Positions 38,551 through 51,382 of a stretch of DNA of 53,872 nucleotides are shown here, in pieces. Source of the stretch: Malacoraja senta (taxonomy: Eukaryota); NCBI GenBank assembly GCA_038087875.1, contig JAXLNO010000483.1, forward strand, positions 62,001-115,872, given 5' to 3'. The position numbers and the translations under genes were made by a program. The notes beneath the pieces were generated by a model that was not told where the DNA came from, ran no database searches, and worked only from the letters and a program-made list of their open reading frames with translations. Each line of letters begins with the position of its first letter. Within the stretch, counting starts at the first letter, position 1.

Positions 38551-38776
38551 AGACAAAAATGCTGGAGAAACTCAGCGGGTGCGGCAGCATCTATGGAGCA
38601 AAGGAAATAGGCAACGTTTCGGGCCGAAACCCTTTTTCAGACGGGTTTCGGGTTTCGGGTTTCGGCCCGAAACGTTGCCTATTTCCTTCGCTCCATAGAT
38701 GCTGCCGCACCCGCTGAGTTTCTTCGGCATTTTTGTCTACCTTCGATTTTCCAGCATCTGCAGTTCCTTCTTGAAC
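38551..38776. repeat. Palindromic Penelope-derived element inserted in Helitron B
   Basis: Inverted arms agacaaaaatgctggag...tttcgggccgaaaccc / gggtttcggcccgaaacg...catttttgtct; tgttcagtgtta on both sides. Confidence 0.75.
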
Positions 38777-41089
38777 ATGTGTTCAGTGTTATTCACAGCT
38801 CAGACTGACGTGATGTGACCCTCTCGCTCCACCATCTTGCAGAGACTGACTGAGGCACTCAACACTTCCAGGTTTTATAGTCCCTCCGGGAGGGGTGTGT
38901 CCTTCAGGAGAGAGAATCTCAACATTTTTTAAACACTAATAACTCTTTTATTTTTCATCGGTGGGAAAAATCCTCTTATCCTGCGCAGCGGAGGCGGACT
39001 CTGAGTAAGATGCCCAAAAATCATAGCCGTAAGTGGCAGCATTTTTTCTAAAATCAATATACAGAACAACAGGAAGTGGTCAAGATCAGACTTTTAGTAA
39101 TATAGAAGGATAGAAAGGCTGAATCAGTGATGAAATTACCCTGAGCATTGAAAACTCTGTCTGGCAGTTGCTGCTAGATGGACATCATTGTTAACATGGA
39201 GACCACTTAGATCCTCATAGCCAACCCCAATACCATGAGACCCTAATATTTTTTTAGACTGTTCAAGCAAGATTGCAGTTTATTCCCAAATGTTGGTAAG
39301 GGAGGAAACGTAGTTCACAACTGGCAATTTTACTGGGAGTGCGGTTACGACTTGAATGACATCAGATGAGCTGAGGTAAGTTGCACACAAAATTGTCTCG
39401 GCCAATTTTCTTATGGGCATAATTTTTATTGGAAATAATTATTATTGCAATCTAATTTGGGTTAAATACCCTGCTAATGTAGTTTAAATAAAAGCAGAAT
39501 AGGTAACCTGCAATATTTAATTTACAAGTTAGGCAGCATATATCCCAACTAAGAAAATGCTAGAGACAATCAGCAAGTCAGGTGGCTGTGGAAAGAGACG
39601 TAATGTTTTAGCTCCAGGAACGTTCATCAGGCCATGCTGAAATGTTAACCCTGTCACATTGCTGCCTGGACCGCTTGGTTTTACCAGGACTTTCTGTTTG
39701 TTTGCAGCAGATTTTCAGAATCTGCATTTTTTATTTTTTAATTTTGCCTGTCAATTCATGGATTTACCTTAATAAAGCAACTTTTGTTTATATCTCTGAG
39801 AATTATTTTTTGTATCCTCCTTTCTCTCCCATATTTGAATTGATGGTTGTACCCCTTGTCGTCACTGCCATTATTCGTATCTATCTTACGTCGAGTGCCA
39901 ACTCTTGCCTTTCCAAGCTCATCATCAAATTTTCATTTTCCCTTAACCCTATTTTAAGTTGCCAGAATCCTGAAGGAAATCTGCCCTTCCCAAACTTTTC
40001 AATGGGTCCCATAGTTCCCTCCTACCATATTATTTCCTATTCACCAAGACCTTGTGTAAACCCTTTCCACTCACTAACCCATACAGCCCCACAAACCCCA
40101 TGCTTACAAACAGTAAGTTAATTTACAGTTAATGTTGAAGTATTTCATTATTATTTTATTTATTTTTAAAACAGCTTACATATTCAATCAATGTTTTTTT
40201 TAAACATGTTCTGGGACTCATCAAGAGAGATCCTTTGAGAAACCTAGAAGTATAACAGTAACTGCCATTTATACTTCTGGCAAAAACATCCTGGAAATAT
40301 TAACAAAAATATGTCAACTTACACAGGACGCCATGAATCTATTTGGTACCTGACCAAAACCTTAATCGACAGGATACATTTTAAATTGTATCTTTAGGGA
40401 TAAAAGCGACTGTGGAGAAAAGTGGAAGAACTTACTTGTACTTGAGAGTCATGGGCGCAGCAACCAATGCCAGAGTAATTAACTTTGGGATGCTTAAGAG
40501 TATTCAGAGTTTTGAGATATTTCTGAAGCTAATAGACAGAGGAGAATGCAGAGATATGGAGGGATTTGGGATAAGATTGCAATATTTAAAATCAAGACAT
40601 TTCTTTAAAGTAGCTACTGCAGATCCCAATGGTTGATGGGATTTGGTGCCGGTTAGAAAACTTGGTAAAGCTCAGAATTGATGGAACTTAGTTATTAGGT
40701 CATATTGCAAATGGCATTTACACTCTGAGCCAATTGGAAATTCAAAGAAAGAATTCACAAGTAGGGAGGAGCACCACTTAATTTGGGAACTAAAAGAGGT
40801 TGATCATAGATGGAAAGCATTAAATAGTAGAATTAGTGGATAGGAATTGTGAGTGAGAGACCATGGGGTACTATTAATATGGGGATAAGGAAAAGGCAGC
40901 TGTAAATTGGGCATCAGGGAAAAGTATGTTTAAATAAGGAATTAAAAAAGAATGGGGCCGGTAGGAGAGAATGAACTCAGAAAGTTGAGGATTAGAAATG
41001 GGCGCAAGTAAAGTATGGAAAAAAGAAAGAGACCAGTTCATGGGGAAATTAATTGTTGATATATTGTTTTTATTATAAGTTGCTACTTT

Positions 41090-42590
41090 CAAGTTAAAGG
41101 TGTCAAGTTAAAGGTGTAGCCAATGGCAGTAATGAGAACCACAACTATGCCTGCCTTTTTTATTGGTTACGTCAAACAGTCCTTGTTCCACCCATCCTCC
41201 AACTCTTTCTCTGTTACATTGATGACTGCATCCTGCACCCATGCAGAACGTGGTGATTTCCTTAACTTTACCACTAACTTCCACCCTGCCCACAAATTCA
41301 CTTGGACTATCTCTGACACCTCTCTCCTCTCTCTTGATCTCTCTGTTTCCATCATGTGGGACATCCTACTGATTGCCATCTACTCCAGACCAACCAACTC
41401 CCACAGTATTCTGGACCACACATCCTGTCATCCTACCTCTGAGAAAGATTCTATCCCCCTTCTCTCAATTTCTCCACCCCCGCCGCATTTGATCCCAAGA
41501 TGGAGCTTTCCATTCTTGGACATCCGAGATGTCCGCTTTCCTTAGTAATTGTGGTTTCCCCCTGCTTTCATTGATGGATCTCTCACCCACGTCTCCTCTG
41601 TGTCCCATAGTCCTGCCCTCTTTCCCCCGCCCCCCAGACAGAGCAAGGGTAGAGTTCCCCAGTCCTCTTCTTTTACCCCACCAGCCTCCATATCCAACAT
41701 ATCATCCTCCAACATTTCCATCACTTCCAATGTGATCCCACCACCAGCCACATCTTCCGATCCCCACTCCTTTCCACCTTCCGCAGAGACCATTCCCTCC
41801 GCATCTCCTTGCTTCACTCATCCCTTCCCACCCAAACCACCACCTCCAACCACTTGTCCTTTTATCTTCATCCTCACCTCCACCTCAACAATCCTTCCAG
41901 GTGAGACATAGGCTCACAATCACATTTCCTGATGTGGCCTGCTGTACATCGGTGAGACCAAGCGTAGACTTAGAGACTGTTTCGCCGAACCGGTCCGCTA
42001 AGGCATATTAGATGTCCCGATTGCTAACCATTTCAACCCATTTTTCCCATTCTCATACTGACCTTTCTGTCCTGTACCTCCTCCATTGCCAGAGTGAGGC
42101 GACATGCAAAGCCTCATATTCCGCTTGTGTAGCTAACAGCTCAACTGTATCAGCATTGAATTGTCCAATTTTAGGTAAAATCCCCTCCACTTCTTACCTC
42201 ACTGTTTCTCCCCTGAGCATCACCTGGACTCGCACCTATTTCTCCCATTCCCTCTACATTCCTTTGTCTACCTTGACAATTCAACTCTTCAATCCTTTTC
42301 TCTCACACCTTCTGACTTTTCACCTCTGGCCTTTGTTCAACCATCTGCCTGTCAACCCCAACCCCCCTGTATCCAACTATTAACTTGTCAGGCTTTGTGC
42401 TGCCCCTCCTCTCTTCCAACTTTCTCACCACCCCTCCCCCACCCATCTCCACCACGATCAGTCTGAAGAAGGGTCCTGACCCAAAGCGTCACCTATCCAT
42501 GTTCTCTAGAGATGCTGTCTTGCCCGCTGCTTTACTCCAGCACTTTGTGGCTTTGTTTGTAAACCAACATCTGCAGTTCCTTGTGTCTTT
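41090..42590 (+). mobile_element. Penelope-like element, degraded (RT, GIY-YIG endonuclease, pLTR)
   Basis: KGVA.., YACLFIGYV, YIDDCI, KFTWTIS, KDSIP, GLLYIGETKRRLRDCFAE, then pLTR with ctgaagaagggtcctgaccc. Confidence 0.85.
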
Positions 42591-43724
42591 CACTATGTGA
42601 TTTGATCTGACAGCTTTGGTTACCGTAGTACATCTTATTGCTCAGTATAGGTGTGTAAATCTGTGATATTTAACACTGCATTGATATCATGGCCGGTTGT
42701 GCTGATTGAAGAGTATATACACCAACTATCCGTAATTAAGGCAAAATAATTAAGGGCTTCCCTGGATGCTACTTCCTACATTAATAGTCTTTATTGTCTT
42801 CTACAATGACTTGTATCTACAGCTGCTGCTTATAGCTATCCTAACAAAAACATGCTTTGTTTGTTAGGAATTTCTATTCTTATCTGCCTTTAATTTCTTA
42901 AGCAAGTCTCGTATTCCCTTATCAATTATTTTCCCAATTACTGTGCTCAGAATGAATGGGCACAGCCAATATGTTACATCTATGTTGTAGATATTTCTTC
43001 CTCTGCATGTTAAAATAAAACGAGTTAATTCATTGTTCCTTCTCTCATAAAGATATTTACTACAGCACTTGTAATTATTTTCATTAGTTATAACTACAGG
43101 AAGAGGGGAAATGGAATGAGTGGCCTTGCAATACAATCTAAACATTGTAAGATTGTCTTTTCCCAGAACTACGATTTTGTTTGTGTACCTTTGTCGGTTA
43201 TGTACCAGCTGAGGACTGAGCATCTGTGTGTGAGCGCACACACTGTATACTGTACTAGCAAGCACCTTTGGCTTATATTTCTTATAATACCATGTCTTCC
43301 ATTTTTTTCACTATTTTTACAATATTGTGTGACCTAAACACAAACCCTAAAGTGACAACAATAAATTGTGAAATTCTGATTGAGTATCAAAAATAAGAAA
43401 TCATGGGACAAAAAAAATAGGTGGAGCAGGAAAGAACCACAAAATGACATGAGGGGTACTCAAAATAAAAAAAGGTAATTCTTGGAAGAATGAGGATTTG
43501 GATATGGTGCCAATAATCATGAGATTTTGCGGCAGGGACCTGTCTCTGCAGAAATAAAGAGATCCAAGCTTACACATAATTCCAGTTGAGGTCCATGCTC
43601 CATTACTTTACACAAAGTGTTTTGGCAACATCCCAAATATTTTATTATGCACGACCACAGACTTTTTGTATAGGTGCCCCTTCAAAGTGCGTACCCAACT
43701 GGTGTGTAACAATAACCTTTGTCG

Positions 43725-44390
43725 GGAAGGAACTGCAGATGCTGGTTAAAACACACCGAAGATAGACACAAAATGCTGGAGTAACTCAGCGGGACACGCA
43801 GCTTCTCTGGAGAGAAGGAATGGGTGATGTTTCGGGACAAGACACTTCTTCAGATTGAGAGTCAGGAGAGAGGGAGACATAGAGATATGGAAGGGTAAGG
43901 TGTCCCGCTGAATTACTCCAGCATTTTGTGTCCATCATAACTTTTGTTAAACAGGTGCCAGCTGCTTTTTGCCCTAGCTCCAAGCCATTCATTACCATTG
44001 TCTTATTCTGCCTGTATCTAATATCTAAATTATATTAGTATCCCATTTGGAAATGTTCGATCAAGTGATGGTATGCCTCCAGTGAATGTGGTATATCTGG
44101 GTTCTCAAATGGCATTAGATAAGCATCCATGCATACGATTTTTAAATAAATTACTTGCTCATGTGAAAGGGTGTGGCATAGTTACACAATAACATGAATA
44201 GAGGATAGAAACAAAGTGCTGGAGTAACTCAGAAGGTCAGACAGCAAGTTGGGGAAAAGGGATGGGTGATGTTTCGGGTCAGGACCCTTCTTCAGATGGG
44301 AAGTAGGGTCTCGACCTAAAACGTCGCCCATCCTTTTTCTCCAGAGATGCTGCCTGACCCTCTGAGTTATTCCTGCATTTTGTTTCTAAT
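43725..44390. repeat. Two Penelope-derived hairpin repeats (~43725-43935 and ~44204-44388)
   Basis: Same inverted-arm family as 11034-11256. Confidence 0.7.
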
Positions 44391-45298
44391 CATGACTAGA
44401 GGATTGGTTAAAAGAAGCAGAGTGTGGGAATAAATAGATTAATTTCATTTTGTGGCTGTCTATAGCACAGAGAACATTACTTGGCCTTCAACTGTTCATC
44501 ATTTATATTAATGATTTAATTGAGAAAAAAAATAATTTTATATATCCAACATTGCCAATAATTAAAAGCTAAGAGTGAAACTACAGTATGGGATGGAAGC
44601 AGTTAATCTACAATAGACAATAGGTGCAGCAGGCCATTCGGCCCTTCGAGCTAGCACCACCATTGACTGTGATCATGGCTGATCATCTACAATTAGTACC
44701 CCCTTCCAGCCTTCTCCCCATATCTCTTGACTCCGCTATCTTTAAGAGCTCTATCTAACTCTCACTTGAAAGCATCCAGAGAATTGGCCTCCACTTCCTT
44801 CTGAGGCAAGGAATTCCACAGATTCACAACTCTCTGGGTGAAAAAGTTTTTCCTCTTATCCGTTCTAAATGGCCTGCCCCTTAATCTTAAACTGTGGCCC
44901 CTGGTTCTGGACTCCCCCAACATCGGGAACATGTTTCCTGCCTCTAGCGTGTCCAATCCCTTAATAATCTTATATGTTTCAATAAGATACCCTCTCATCC
45001 TTCTAAATTCCACTGTATGCAAGTCCAGTCGCTCCATTCTTTCAATATATGACAGTCCCGCCATCCGGGAATTAACCTTGTGAACCTACACTGCACTCCC
45101 TCAATAGCAAGAATGTCCTTCCTCAAATTTGGAGACCAAAACTGCACACAATACTCCAGGTGTGGTCTCACCAGGGCCCTGTACAACTGCAGAAGGACCT
45201 CGTTGCTCTCATACTCAACTCCTCTTGTTATGAAGGCCAACATGTTATTAGCTTTCTTCACTGCCTGCTGAACCTGCATGCTTACTTTCAGTGACTGA

Positions 45299-46058
45299 CT
45301 AGACCAAGTGGGATCCATTGGGTCCCTGTCAAACGGGAGACCTGGTCCCCCAACGCAATATTCCACCACTCCCATAGCCCCCATGGGAGCCCTGGTGCAA
45401 TGCAACCTGTTCCCCAATGCAATATTCCAGCACTCACCCATAGCACCCAACTGCACAGGGGCAGGTCATTTCCCCTTATTCACCCTCCCTCGCAGGGAGC
45501 AGGGGAGGTGTAAAGCACTTATGAAAGCATGGAACTACCAGGCAGAAGACCCATGCAGCTGTGGAGCAGTACAGACAATGTCCCACCTACTGGAGTGTGA
45601 CGACACCCCCCAGTGCAGCCCCCAGGACCTGGCTGAACCGACTCGACCAGCTGTGACCTGCGCCAGATACTGGCAGAACGACATCTGAGATTGCAACGGA
45701 CTCGAAAAAGACCCTCCCTCGTTAAACTTGTTTTTAAATCCTTGCTGCCAGGAATATAAAAAAAGGATTGCAACATTGTAGCTTGCAATTGCACTGGCTA
45801 GGGCTGGTAAGACTCAGTGTCCTGGGATAGCAACATTGTAGCGAGCAGGGCTACAATCGCATTGTAACGTCATAGTTGTAAGTGGCAGTGCAGCAGGAAG
45901 AAACATTTTTTTTAAATTAAGAAATGTGAATAACTTGTGAAATATAACATCAATCTGAACGAAACTTGATACAAACCACCACATGACAATTGTGAGTAAG
46001 GTGTAATACATAAATTGTAGCACTATCGTTTTGGGGTAATTTGTCGAAATCACTGACG

Positions 46059-46095
<37 letters not shown>

Positions 46096-46127
46096 AACAA
46101 ACAAGATGAGAGTTTTAGTATAATAGA
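45299..46127 (-). mobile_element. Non-autonomous Helitron C
   Basis: Minus strand reads A|TCTATTATACTAAAACTCTC...GGGACCC-AAT-GGATCCC ACTTGGTCTAG|T; inserted between A and T with no TSD; (CA)n at ~46060-46091. Confidence 0.9.
45497..45710 (+). mobile_element. Vingi/Ingi-like LINE 3' fragment inside Helitron C
   Basis: GRCKALMKAWNY..PCSCGAVQTMSHLLEC (C-terminal Cys/His motif), stop at 45686-45688, very short 3' UTR ending ctcgaaaaag. Confidence 0.62.
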
Positions 46128-46810
46128 TATACAAGGACACCCAGATCTCGTTGTACTTCCCCTTTTCACCATTCAGATAATAATTTGCCTTCCTGTTCTT
46201 GCCACCAAAGAGGATAACCTCACATTTATCCACATTAATCTGCATCTGCCCACTCATCCAACCTGTCCAAGTCACCCTGCATCCTCACAGCATCCTCCAC
46301 ACAGTTCACACTGCCACCCAGCTTTGTGTCGTCTGAAAATTTGATAATGTTACTTTTAATCCCTTCATCTAAATCATTAATGTATTTTGTAAATAGCTGC
46401 TGTAAGAGACAAAGCAAGCAAGAAAGTGGTGGAGTAATGTAGGAAAATGGAACTTTATGCACGTTGACTGGTTGAATAGGAACATTTTTGTTTTGAAATG
46501 GAGAAAAATAGAAAAAACATTAGTGGTGGGACCTTCGAGTGTTTGTCATATGGAACAGAAAATAAACACTAATGTACAGCAAACAATTTGGAAGATAAAT
46601 GGTATGTATGTTGGCTGTTTTGAGCACCAAACTACTAAAAGCTTTGCTTAAACTGCGCAGGATTTTAGTAAGATATTATTTAGAATGCTGTGGGTAGTTT
46701 AGATATGTCAAGAGTGTTTATCCAAAATGGAGCAATGAAATTTTTACTTGCTGATGCTTTACAAGCCCATTAATGCGATAACATACAAATAAATATATAA
46801 TCATCAATTA

Positions 46811-48440
46811 CAATGCCCTCCATAATGTTTGGGACAAAGACCCATCATTTATTTATTTGCTTCTGTACTCCACAATTTGAGATTTGTAATAGAAGAAAAT
46901 CACATGTGGTTAAAGTGCACATTGTCAGATTTTATTAAAGGTCATTTTTATACATTTTGGTTTCACCTTGTAGAAATTACAGCAGTATTTATACATAGTT
47001 CCCTCCCCCCCCCATTTGAGGGCACCATAATGTTTGGGACACATGGCTTCACAGGCGTTTGTAATTGCTCAGGTATGGTTATTTGCCTCCTTAATGCAGG
47101 TGTAAGAGAGCTCCCAGCACCTAGTCTTTCCTCCAGTCTTTCCATCACCTTTGGAAACTTTTATTGCTGTTTATCAACATGAGGACCAAAGTTGTGCCAA
47201 TGAAAGTCAAATAAGCCATCATGAAACTGAGAAACAAGAATAAAACTGTCAGAGACATCAGCCAAACCTTAGGCTTACCAAGATCAACCGTTTGGAACAT
47301 CATTAAGAAAGAACACTGGTGAGCTTAGCAATCGCAAAGGGACAGGCAGGCCAAGGAAGACCTCCACAGCTGATGACAGTAGAATTCTCTCTATAATAAA
47401 GAAAAAACAAACAAACACCTGTCCAACAGATCAGAAACACTTCAGGAGTCAGGGGTGGATTTGTCAATGACCACTGTCCACAGAAGACTTCATGAACATA
47501 AATACAGAGGCTACACTGCAAGATACAAACCACTGAATAGGATGGCCGCGTTACAGTTTGCCAAGAATTACTTAAAGGAGCTACCACAGTTCTGGAAAAA
47601 GGTTTTGTGGACAGATGAGATGAAGATTAATTTATATCAGAGTGATGGCAAGAGAAAAGTATGGAGGAGATAAGGAACTGCCCAAGATCCAAAGCATACC
47701 ATCTCATCTGTGAAACATGGTGGTGGGGGTGTTATGGCCTGGGCATGTATGGCTGCTGAAGGTACTGGCTCACTTATCATTGATGTTACAACTGCTGATG
47801 GTAGTAGCATAATGAATTCTGAAGGGTATCGACACATCCTATCTGCTCAAGTTCAAACAAATGCCTCAAAACTCATTGGCCGGCTGTTCATTCTACAGCG
47901 AAACAATGATCCCAAATATACTGCTAAAGCAACAAAGGATTTTTTCAAAGCTAAAAAATGGTTAATTCTTGAGTGGCCAAGTCAGTCACGCGATCTGAAC
48001 AATGCCTTTCATTTGCTGAAGAGAAAACTGAATGGGGCTAACCCCCAAAACAAACATATGCCAAAAATGGTCGCAATACAGACCTACCAGAGCATCACCA
48101 GAGAAGACACCCAGCAAATGGTGATGTCCATAAATCGCAGACTTCAAGCAGTCATTGCAGGCATAGGATATGCAACAAAATACTAACTATGACTACTTTC
48201 ATTTACATTACATTGCTGTGTCCCAAACATTATGGTGCCCTGAAATGGGGGGATTATGTATAAACACTGCTGTAATTTCTACATGGTGAAACCAAAATGT
48301 ATAAAAATGGCCTTTATTAAAATCTGACAATGTGCACTTTAACCACATGTGATTTTTTCTATTACAAATCTTAAACTGTGGAGTACAGAGGCAAATAAAT
48401 AAATGATGGTTCTCTGTCTCAAACATTATGGAGGGCACTG
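46811..48440 (+). mobile_element. Full-length Tc1-family transposon, defective
   Basis: TA TSDs at 46809-46810 and 48441-48442; ~230-bp TIRs with internally repeated ccataatgtttgggaca (IR/DR layout). Confidence 0.93.
47179..48186 (+). pseudogene. Tc1 transposase pseudogene
   Basis: GRPR, WKKVLWTDE, VKHGGGGVMAW, WPSQSRDLN; stops and frameshifts; second D read as N (QRNND) and the PIE motif is missing. Confidence 0.9.
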
Positions 48441-48960
48441 TAAACAATCGGCAAGATGAGATAACAAGACAATAATAATGCAAAACAGAACTCCATGGTG
48501 TAATTAAAACTAAATCCATAATCGTCACAATTGCTGAGGAAGGTTTTGGTTAGTGCGGTGTTCATGAGCCTGATGGTTGCTGGGAAGAAGCTGTTCTTGA
48601 ACTTGGAGGTCGTGATTTCCAGGCTTCTGTACCGCCTTCCCGATGGAAGTAGTGGGATGAAAGCTTGGCCAAGGTAGCTTAGATCTTTAGCTGTATGGCA
48701 GAGAGCATAATGACTGGCTGCTTGGTTCAGTACCTCAAACGCCTAGTAATAAAGGAGGCTGCAGAAAGTGGTTGATATTGCTTCGTCCATCATGGTAACT
48801 GATCTTCCCACCATCATAGTCCCATGATGGACGAGGCAATATCTACCACTTTCTGCAGCCTCCTTTGTTACTAGGCGTCTGAGGTACTGAACCGAGCAGC
48901 CAGTCATTATGCACTCTGCCATACAGCTGTAGATGTTTGATAGACATACCAGACATACAT
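48441..48960 (-). mobile_element. Rex1/Babar 3' fragment containing an inverted duplication
   Basis: gagcctgatggttgctgggaagaagctgttcttgaac is antisense to the end of the RT ORF at ~5325-5365. Confidence 0.65.
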
Positions 48961-49261
48961 TCTGTGACATACCAGAACTCAAAGTATACATGCATTTTAG
49001 TTGGTGCAATGTTAAATTATTGGTCTGTGTTTTTTGGCGAGCGAGTTTTGTAAGGGTGGATTGAATAAGATTAGATCATGCTCCCTGGAATTTAGAAGAA
49101 AGAGAGATGGACTTCCTGAGACTTGCAAGATTTTGAAACAGATTTAAACGGTGGAAGCTGAGAGATTGTTTGCTCCAACTGGAGAGTCAAGAATTAGGGA
49201 CATACTGCGAAGATAAAGGTCTTGCCATCGAGGAAATTACTTACTTCAGTCCTCAATGAAT

Positions 49262-50379
49262 CCCGTACCAGCATTCCCAAGTCCCTTTGCACCTACGATT
49301 TCTGGATTCTCTCCCCATTTAGAAAATAGTCTACACCGTTATTCCTACTACCAAAATGCATGATTCCACACTTTGCTACACTATATTCCATCCGTCACTT
49401 CTCTACCCACTCTCCCAATCTGTCCAAGTCCTTGTGCAGAGTCCCTGCTTTCTCTACACTACCTGCCCCTTCACCTATTTTCGTATCATCCGCAAACTTT
49501 GCCACAAAGCCTGCAATCCCCTCGTCCAAATCATTAATATAAAACGTACAGACTATCGGCCCCAGCACCGACACTTGCGGAACTACGCTAGTCACTGGCA
49601 GCTAACCGGAAAAAGCTCCCTTTATTGCCACTCTTTGTCTTCTGCCATCCAGTCAACCTGCTATCAATGCTAATATCTGCCATTTGATACTGTGGGCTCA
49701 CATCTTCCTAAGTAGCCGAACCTGTGGCACTTTATGAAAGGCTTTCTGAAAACCTAAGTAATCAACATCCACTGACTCTCCCTTGTCTATCCTGCTATTT
49801 CTTCACAGAATTCCAGTAAATTTGTCAAGCATGACCTCCCCTTCACAAAGCCATGCTGACTTTGGCCTATTTTATCATGAACTTCTAAGTACTCCGTAAC
49901 CTCATCCTTTATAATGGACTCTAAAATCTTACCAAGCACCAAAGTCAGAATAACCGGACTATAGTTCCCATTATTCTGCCTTGCTCCCTATTTGTGCAGC
50001 GGGGTAATATTGGCAATTTTCGAATCATCTGGGACCACTCCTGACTAGTGATTCCTGAAATATCACTATGAATGCCTCCACAATCTCCAAAACCACCTCT
50101 TTCAGAATCCTACGGTGCAGTCCATCCGGCCCAGGTGACTTATCCACCTTCAGCATTGTCAGCCACCCAAGCACCTTCTCCCAAGTAATAGCAACTCCAC
50201 TAACTTCCACCCCCTGACTCGCTTGAATTTCAGGCACATTGCTGGTGTCTTCCACTATGACGACTGATGCAAAAAAGTTATTCAACTCCTCTGCGATTTC
50301 TTTATTCCCAATTATCACTTCTCCTGCATCATTCTCCAGTGGTCCAACGTCCACTCTTGTATCTTTCTTGCTCTTTATA
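49262..50379 (-). mobile_element. CR1 RT fragment
   Basis: DKSPGPDGLH, VPQVSVLGP, KFADDTK. Confidence 0.85.
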
Positions 50380-51382
50380 TCTGTACATAACTAAAACTCT
50401 GATCTTGTTATCTTCCGGTTTGTGTGGTCTTTCTACTTGCGCAAAAACGGTTTGCGATAGCGCTACGATTTTTCACCAGTTCACTTTCGATAGTCTCCTA
50501 TCGGTTGAATGTCGTAAAAGTTAGCGACGTTAAAAAAATCCTAAAAACCGCGCATGCGCAGATCGATCTCTTCTCCTGCTGTTCAGCACCGCACGGGTTA
50601 GTCTCTTCCCCTGTCACTCAGCGGGACGGTCCGCCCCTTCCTGCGCCATCACAGGAGCTGAGAATAGCCGGCGGAGGTTTCCAACAATTTTCGGAGGGGC
50701 CCAAAGCAGCCCAGCCCTGAGCTGCCCAGCGTCGGAGGCCCAGCCCAGTGTCGGAGACCCTGCCCATCCCAGCTCAGCGTGGGAGGCCCAGCCCAGAGTC
50801 GGAGACCCAGCCCAGCCCAGAGTCGGAGACCCAAACAAGCCCAGCCCGGAGTCGGAGATGTCGCCAATGTCACCAAACGGAAAGTGGAGACTCTGATCCC
50901 GGCAGAGGAGAATGACCGGCGACCGCTGTGAGTCCCCATCGCACCGCCAATTCCAGCCCCTACCCCTCTGGTCCCCCTCGCTGGCTCCTCCCCCCTCCCC
51001 CGTGATACCACCCTCTCCCCATGGCTCTTCCCCCGTCTTTTCTCCGAACTCACTCCTCCACCCCCCCCCAACAACACCCCTCTCCCCCCACAACTCTCCC
51101 CCCACCCACACACCCCCTCCATCCACAACTCCCCCCAAACCGACACCCCCCTCCCCCACAACAACTCACCCTCGCCCACACCCTCCACGCCCACACCCGC
51201 CCCTGCCCACACATCCCCCCTCCCCCCACAACTCCCCTCCCCCGCTCACACTCCCCTCTCCCCACACAACTCCCCCCCGCCCACACACTCCTCCCCCCAC
51301 AACTCCCCCCCTGGCCACACACCCCCTCCCCCCACAACAACCTACCCACAACCTCCCCCCGCCCACACACCACCCTCCCCCC
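50380..51382 (+). mobile_element. Helitron D, 5' part only
   Basis: A|TCTGTACATAACTAAAACTCTGATCTTG matches the heads of Helitrons A-C; no hairpin/CTAG end found. Confidence 0.7.
51055..51382. repeat. C-rich low-complexity tandem repeat
   Basis: Recurring ccccacaactcccccc / cccacacacccc units; G-run rich on the minus strand. Confidence 0.85.

Larger units (their letters stand above)
37016..39106 (-). mobile_element. Non-autonomous Helitron B
   Basis: 5' TCTATATTACTAAAAGTCTGATCTTG; 3' hairpin GGGACCC-AAC-GGGTCCC then ACTTAGTCTAG|T. Confidence 0.82.
44612..46400 (-). mobile_element. CR1 3' portion split by Helitron C
   Basis: Closely similar to 9193-10185; resumes at 46128 exactly where it breaks at 45298. 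Confidence 0.9.

Noticed and set aside
39642..40121. 159-aa hydrophobic ORF
   Set aside because: It comes from T-rich intronic sequence, starts in a repeat remnant and has no recognisable motif.
41258..41280. TTCCTTAAC as the U12 branch point for the formin intron
   Set aside because: It lies inside Penelope RT sequence and no DIAPH-like coding follows.
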